A stretch of 64,000 nucleotides of DNA from NCBI GenBank assembly GCA_951406725.2, contig OX597830.1, forward strand, positions 16,616,001 to 16,680,000. Direction: 5' to 3'. Both the position numbers and the translations under genes were made by a program. This DNA comes from Octopus vulgaris. Its lineage: Eukaryota. Of the stretch, positions 53,074-64,000 are shown piece by piece. The notes under the pieces are model-generated. The model was not told where the DNA came from. It saw only the letters and a list, made by a program, of their open reading frames with translations, and made no database searches. Numbering within the stretch: the stretch's first letter is position 1; each line of letters starts with the position of its first letter.

Positions 53074-53169
<96 letters not shown>

Positions 53170-53381
53170 TTATTTGAGGGAATAAAATCCAAAACTTACA
53201 AGGAAAAAATTAAATTTAGAAATACTAAATCAAATTTCACACAATATAGTATATATATAAAAAATTAGAAAAAACCCCCACCTTTTATCAATTCAAAATG
53301 AATAATTAAATTACACCATCTAGAAAATTACATATAATAGAAAATTAAAAATTAAAATAAAAATGTATATGATAGGTAGAA

Positions 53382-53455
53382 AAACGACACGTGTTTCGCT
53401 GCTATATTTAAGAAATGATTATAGTAGTAGAGAAATCGATATAAATATAGTCGCT

Positions 53456-53460
<5 letters not shown>
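53382..53460 (-). ncRNA. 5'-truncated hammerhead motif in a further Penelope-like fragment (53175-53660, inverted ends)
   Basis: (C lost)TGATGA-GC..CTATATTTA...TAAATATAG..GC-GAAA-CACGTG-TC; cut by (TA)n at C3. Confidence 0.65.
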
Positions 53461-53492
<32 letters not shown>

Positions 53493-53667
53493 AGAGAAAA
53501 ACCTCTATTAAACAATTCAATCGTGAAAGACGTTAATCACACCATATTGATTTGTTTAATAGATGTCTTTTTCTAAATTATATACATATATTATATATTG
53601 TGAAATTTGATTTAGAATTGCTAAATTGAATTTTTCCCTGTAAGTTTGGAATTATATTCCCTACTTG

Positions 53668-53741
<74 letters not shown>

Positions 53742-54148
53742 CATGTATGTATAAGACATTTTCATACAGAAGTTATTTCGAAATTGGTTAATTTTGTTTT
53801 ACTTCAATATTCTCATTTTAGTCATTCAGTTGGACTTAGGTCAAGTTTCTTAGCATTGTAACGCCCTGTAGCTACTTTGAAAATATTCAACTAAAAGTCG
53901 CTACGTACTTTATGTAGAACGAACGTCTTAATTCTGACAGCGCCACTAGCTTGTCTTTTTATTGGCCTATTAGGTCCCTGCTTATTGATATTGAATACGA
54001 ACATAAAGAGTAAAATTAAGAATGAACTTACGATGATAAATACGTCGAAAATATAGGCCGTTCGTAAATTTGTAATGGTGAAAACAAATCGGAAACTCTT
54101 CATAAACCACTCTAGCAGACTATGTCATTAATGAGCCGGTGTTACGGC

Positions 54149-55091
54149 CGCTGCAACAGCCCAGAATATACCCCTGCCCAGACTACATTCCATGCTTGCA
54201 GACAAATATCACAGATGTACCTCACTTATAGAAGTTGCCCCAGAACATATATAAAATTTGATATCAACCAATGAAGAATTAAAATTGGAAATATTGAATT
54301 TCTAAATGTCTCAGAGAGACATGAGCAGTGGTGGAACGATATAGTGGTCGTATAGTATCAACTCAATGTGACAGTCCCGTGAGGGAATTACACCAGCGTC
54401 ATTTAGCCCTAGGAAGCATCGACGCTTCCTGTCGGCTTTGACACATTTTCTGTGTCCTTATATTTGCAAAGGGGAGACAATCACCCCCGCCAGCTGGGAC
54501 TAAGCACCTGAAGACATATGTTTCTGATTGTATTGCTCGTTATCAGTCCAGGGTATCAAGTCTCGCTAGCTGAGATGGCTGCAACCTCTCTACAAGAATT
54601 TAAAGTTACATGTAAATTTCGATTTAAACAAAGCAATTTAGAATTATGAAATGCAAATATTCAATACATCAATATAAACCCAGTGTATAGGTAGATTGGA
54701 AAAAAAAAAAAAACCCTGACGACTCGCGCATGCTGCGCAGCACAGCTGTGCTATGAGTCATAGCCTAGACTCGTGCAAATGTAGCCATTCGTGTTGGGTT
54801 TCTATTGGTACATTTTAAAGTATTTTGCATTTGATAATTCTAATTTGCTATGTTTAAATTGAAATTTACATGTAACTTTTAATTCTTCATCGAGTGGTGT
54901 CAAATTTTTATATCTGTTCTGAAGCAACTTTTATAAGTGAGGTACATCTGTGTTATTTTCCCGCAAGCATGAGGAATTGTCTGGACAGGGCTATATTCTG
55001 GCCTGGTTGTCTGGAGCGGGTATAGTTTGGGCTAGCCTAGACTAGCCCCGGGTATAATCTGAGCAGGGGTATATTCTGGGCTATTACACCG
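54149..55091. mobile_element. Foldback/MITE with long imperfect inverted arms and a ~300-bp nested insertion (~54285-54595) carrying a degenerate HHR
   Basis: Termini AGCCCAGAATATACCCCTGC / GCAGGGGTATATTCTGGGCT; internal arm ACAGATGTACCTCACTTATA and its complement. Minus 54510-54549: GGA-CTGATAA...GAAA-CATATG-TC-TTC. Confidence 0.72.
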
Positions 55092-55782
55092 CCAATTTTC
55101 AATCCTGTTTAAACTTGTTGCGCCCATACCCCCGCACCGATCGACAAAGCCGCAAAGAGACGATTGCATTCAAATACCAGAGTGTACGCCCTGCGCGCAT
55201 CGCCTCAAATGCATTCTACCTGTAAGGTTTTTTAAACATGTAAATTAGGGGTTCTCTGTGTAGTGTGTGCATGTTCAATGGTTCCAGTTTTAGCTAAAAC
55301 CGGAAAATCTTGGGTTTTGAACATTAAAAATCTGAAAATTGGCGGACGCACTAAAATCGCTTCGCGGACCTTAGTTTGGGAACCAAGGTTGTAGTGGGAC
55401 TATTCAACAATCAATCGATGTCGCGATTCGCTAGAATATTGCCCACGTGATCAACAAAATCTGACCAGACACGACTTCGTGTAATGCAAACATGACATTG
55501 AAGTTGGCCAGTAAATTAGAGTTGGAGGAAATTGCTGTGAAAAGATCTGTTGGAGAAGTGTTTGGTTGAAAAGTACTGTTACGAACCAATCAATACTTGA
55601 ACAAATGGGTTTCTTTCTAATTTTAAATATTGATTTCTTTTGATAGTATACAAAACTAAATTTGGTAGAAGACTATTTAGGTTGTTCTGAGTTCAAATCT
55701 TGCCGAGATGAACTTTACTTTTTGTCCCACTGGAGTTGATAAACAACAGCATCAACCAAACACGGAGTCAATTATTATAATG

Positions 55783-56197
55783 GGATCTTTTCGGTTTGAA
55801 CGGCAGTTTTTTCTAGCGGTGTCATATGAAATTGTCACCCATAATTATGACCCTAGTATCGATCTATTGCATTTCAATCTGTTTTAGGGTTAGGGGTAGG
55901 GTGGGGGAAGGGTATATTTTTTTCTTCACAAATGTAAATAAACCTAATCTGTTTCTTAAACGAGGGACATATTCATACGGCACAGAATGATTTTACCTCA
56001 ATAGACGTCATTGATTGGTTGAAATTGCAGAAATTGAAGGAAAAAAACAACAAATATCTTACAAACTATAGAATTTTCTCAATAAAGCCAAGAGAAAAAA
56101 GATGTTTTATAAACAGATTCTACCAATATACGAAGTTTAAAAGTGTTTAGTTACCTAGAAATTATGTTAAAAACTGCCGTTCAAACCGAAAAGATCC
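55783..56197 (-). mobile_element. Merlin-like MITE copy 4
   Basis: TSD TTATAATG; reversed internal orientation. Confidence 0.9.
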
Positions 56198-56398
56198 TTA
56201 TAATGTATCCTAGATGTGAATGAACCGAAGATAATGGAAAATTAAAATTTCTTTCGACATACTACTATTAGCCCTTATTTTACCGATCTCCGGAAATTAG
56301 ACAGGGTAGAGGGATTAAAGAAATAGTTTAGAGATGCCATTTATGGCTACACTACCAAACAGATTCAACTATTACAATATATATTGCTGTTGTTAGTT

Positions 56399-56817
56399 GG
56401 ATCTTTTCGGTTTGAACGGCAGTTTTTAACATAATTTCTAGTTAACTAAAAAATTTAAAACTTCGTATACTGGTAGAATGTGTTTATAAAGCATCTTTTT
56501 CTCTTGGCTTTATTGGGAAGGTTCTATAGTTTGTAAGATATTTGTTGTTTTTTTCTTCAATTTCTGCAATTTCAACCAATCAATGACGTCTATTGAGGTA
56601 AAAAAAAACACATTCTGTGCCGTATGAATATGTCCCTCGTTTAAGAAACAGATTGGGTTTATTTACATTTTTGAAGAAAAAAGATACCCTTCCCCCACCC
56701 CTAACCCTAACCCTAAAAGAGATTGAAATGCAATAGATCGATTCTAGGGTCATAATTATGGGTGACAATTTCATATGACACCGCTAGAAAAAACTGCCGT
56801 TCAAACCGAAAAGATCC
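56399..56817 (+). mobile_element. Merlin-like MITE copy 5
   Basis: TSD TGTTAGTT. Confidence 0.9.
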
Positions 56818-57044
56818 TGTTAGTTTATAAATTACGGAGGGACTAAAGGTCGAGGATTCTTACATAAATACGGTTTCAATGCAGAACATCATATACTTAA
56901 CTCGGTGTATAAAGAGTTCTCCTCTTCGCCATCTTAGGGAGTTGTCTACCTTGCTGACATGAAGACAATATCTTTTACTAATCTTTTTTTGATGACTATG
57001 AAACTTAGTGTTCAATGGTGCTGAAGGCTGCTGACATAATGCCA

Positions 57045-63163
<6,119 letters not shown>

Positions 63164-63295
63164 CACGTTTGTATTAAACTCTTAACGAATGCTCAGTTTC
63201 TTTGTGAAACGTTAACGGAAGAAAATATCATCGTATTTCGTTTTTGGATTTGGTTTGCAAGATTCTTTATGTGAGTTCGTGTGTTGAAGCATATT

Positions 63296-63554
63296 CTGTT
63301 GTGTCTGGGGAGAGTAATTTTCTTTATAATTTAACACACTCACCGGTAAAATTTCCACTTATTCTTTATTTTTATTTTCCCAAAATTTTCGTTGTGTCTT
63401 GCAACCTTTTCCATAGGGCCAAGACTACTGAAAAAGTTCCAAGACGCAACGAAAATTTTAGGAAAATAAAAATAAGGAATAAGTGGACATTTTACCGGTG
63501 AGTGTGTTAAATTATAAGGCACCAAAAGAAAATGGCTCTCCCCAGACACAACAG
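63296..63554. mobile_element. Penelope-like inverted repeat with head-to-head hammerhead-shaped motifs at its centre
   Basis: Arms ~120 bp. Plus: CTA-CTGAAAA-A-GTTCC-aagac-GCAAC-GAAA-AT-TT-TAG. Minus: CCTA-TGGAAAA-G-GTTGC-aagac-ACAAC-GAAA-AT-TT-TGGG. Confidence 0.65.
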
Positions 63555-64000
63555 TGTATCATCGTACATAAGCAAAAATTTCCGGTTATTTTATGGAAAT
63601 CATCGAGGAAAGCAAGTCTTACTTAAAACGAGAATATCTGACAAAAGTACTCCAGAAAGATGTATTGTTGTGTATGAAATCCACGTGTGACTACCGATGA
63701 ATTTACCGAATGATGTCTCGATTAAGTGATATTATGTCTCATCCATCTCGGTGGTTACTACACCTCTGAAGACCATATACAATCTAAATACAAAAGAATC
63801 AGAATTTGTAAGAAGGTTGGTCCTTCCAACCATTGTCTAAGACTATCCACAAAGTTAAACATTGTCACTCATATACTAATTACTTGATTAAATTATCGAT
63901 CCTCATTAACAGTCACCAATATGGCGATGATCGCTAGAGCTTCGGAAAAAATGCTTCGCGGGGTTTTTGTTCCGACTTTTACATTTTAAGTTCAAATCCC

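Larger units (their letters stand above)
52000..53075 (-). mobile_element. Non-coding Penelope-like/retrozyme-like element: partial tandem duplication (period ~593-595) plus an inverted terminal segment, two HHRs, inserted in (TA)n
   Basis: 52000-52382 is repeated at 52592-52978; 52979-53074 is the reverse complement of ~52675-52773. Confidence 0.82.

Overview
This is AT-rich, repeat-saturated animal genomic DNA. The SINE, microsatellite and transposon repertoire is what I recall from Octopus (inference). The only clear host gene is the first coding exon of a FoxK-family FHA/forkhead transcription factor at the left edge (minus strand, ATG 450, GTAAGT donor at 91), with a compact promoter. 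The other ~63 kb upstream holds three modular SINE types, decayed Tc1/mariner, hAT, Helitron and RTE/CR1 elements, five copies of a GG-terminal MITE, a 3.8 kb 61-bp satellite built from a SINE tail, and two very large microsatellite blocks. The most interesting layer is about ten minimal type-I hammerhead ribozyme (HHR) motifs from several unrelated non-coding Penelope-like/retrozyme-like elements. They include a tandem pair that would release a 595-nt monomer, an element combining a tRNA-like Pol III head with an HHR, and HHRs with a swapped 3-8 core pair (G3-C8, probably U3-A8). All structures were read by eye; no folding or database search was run.
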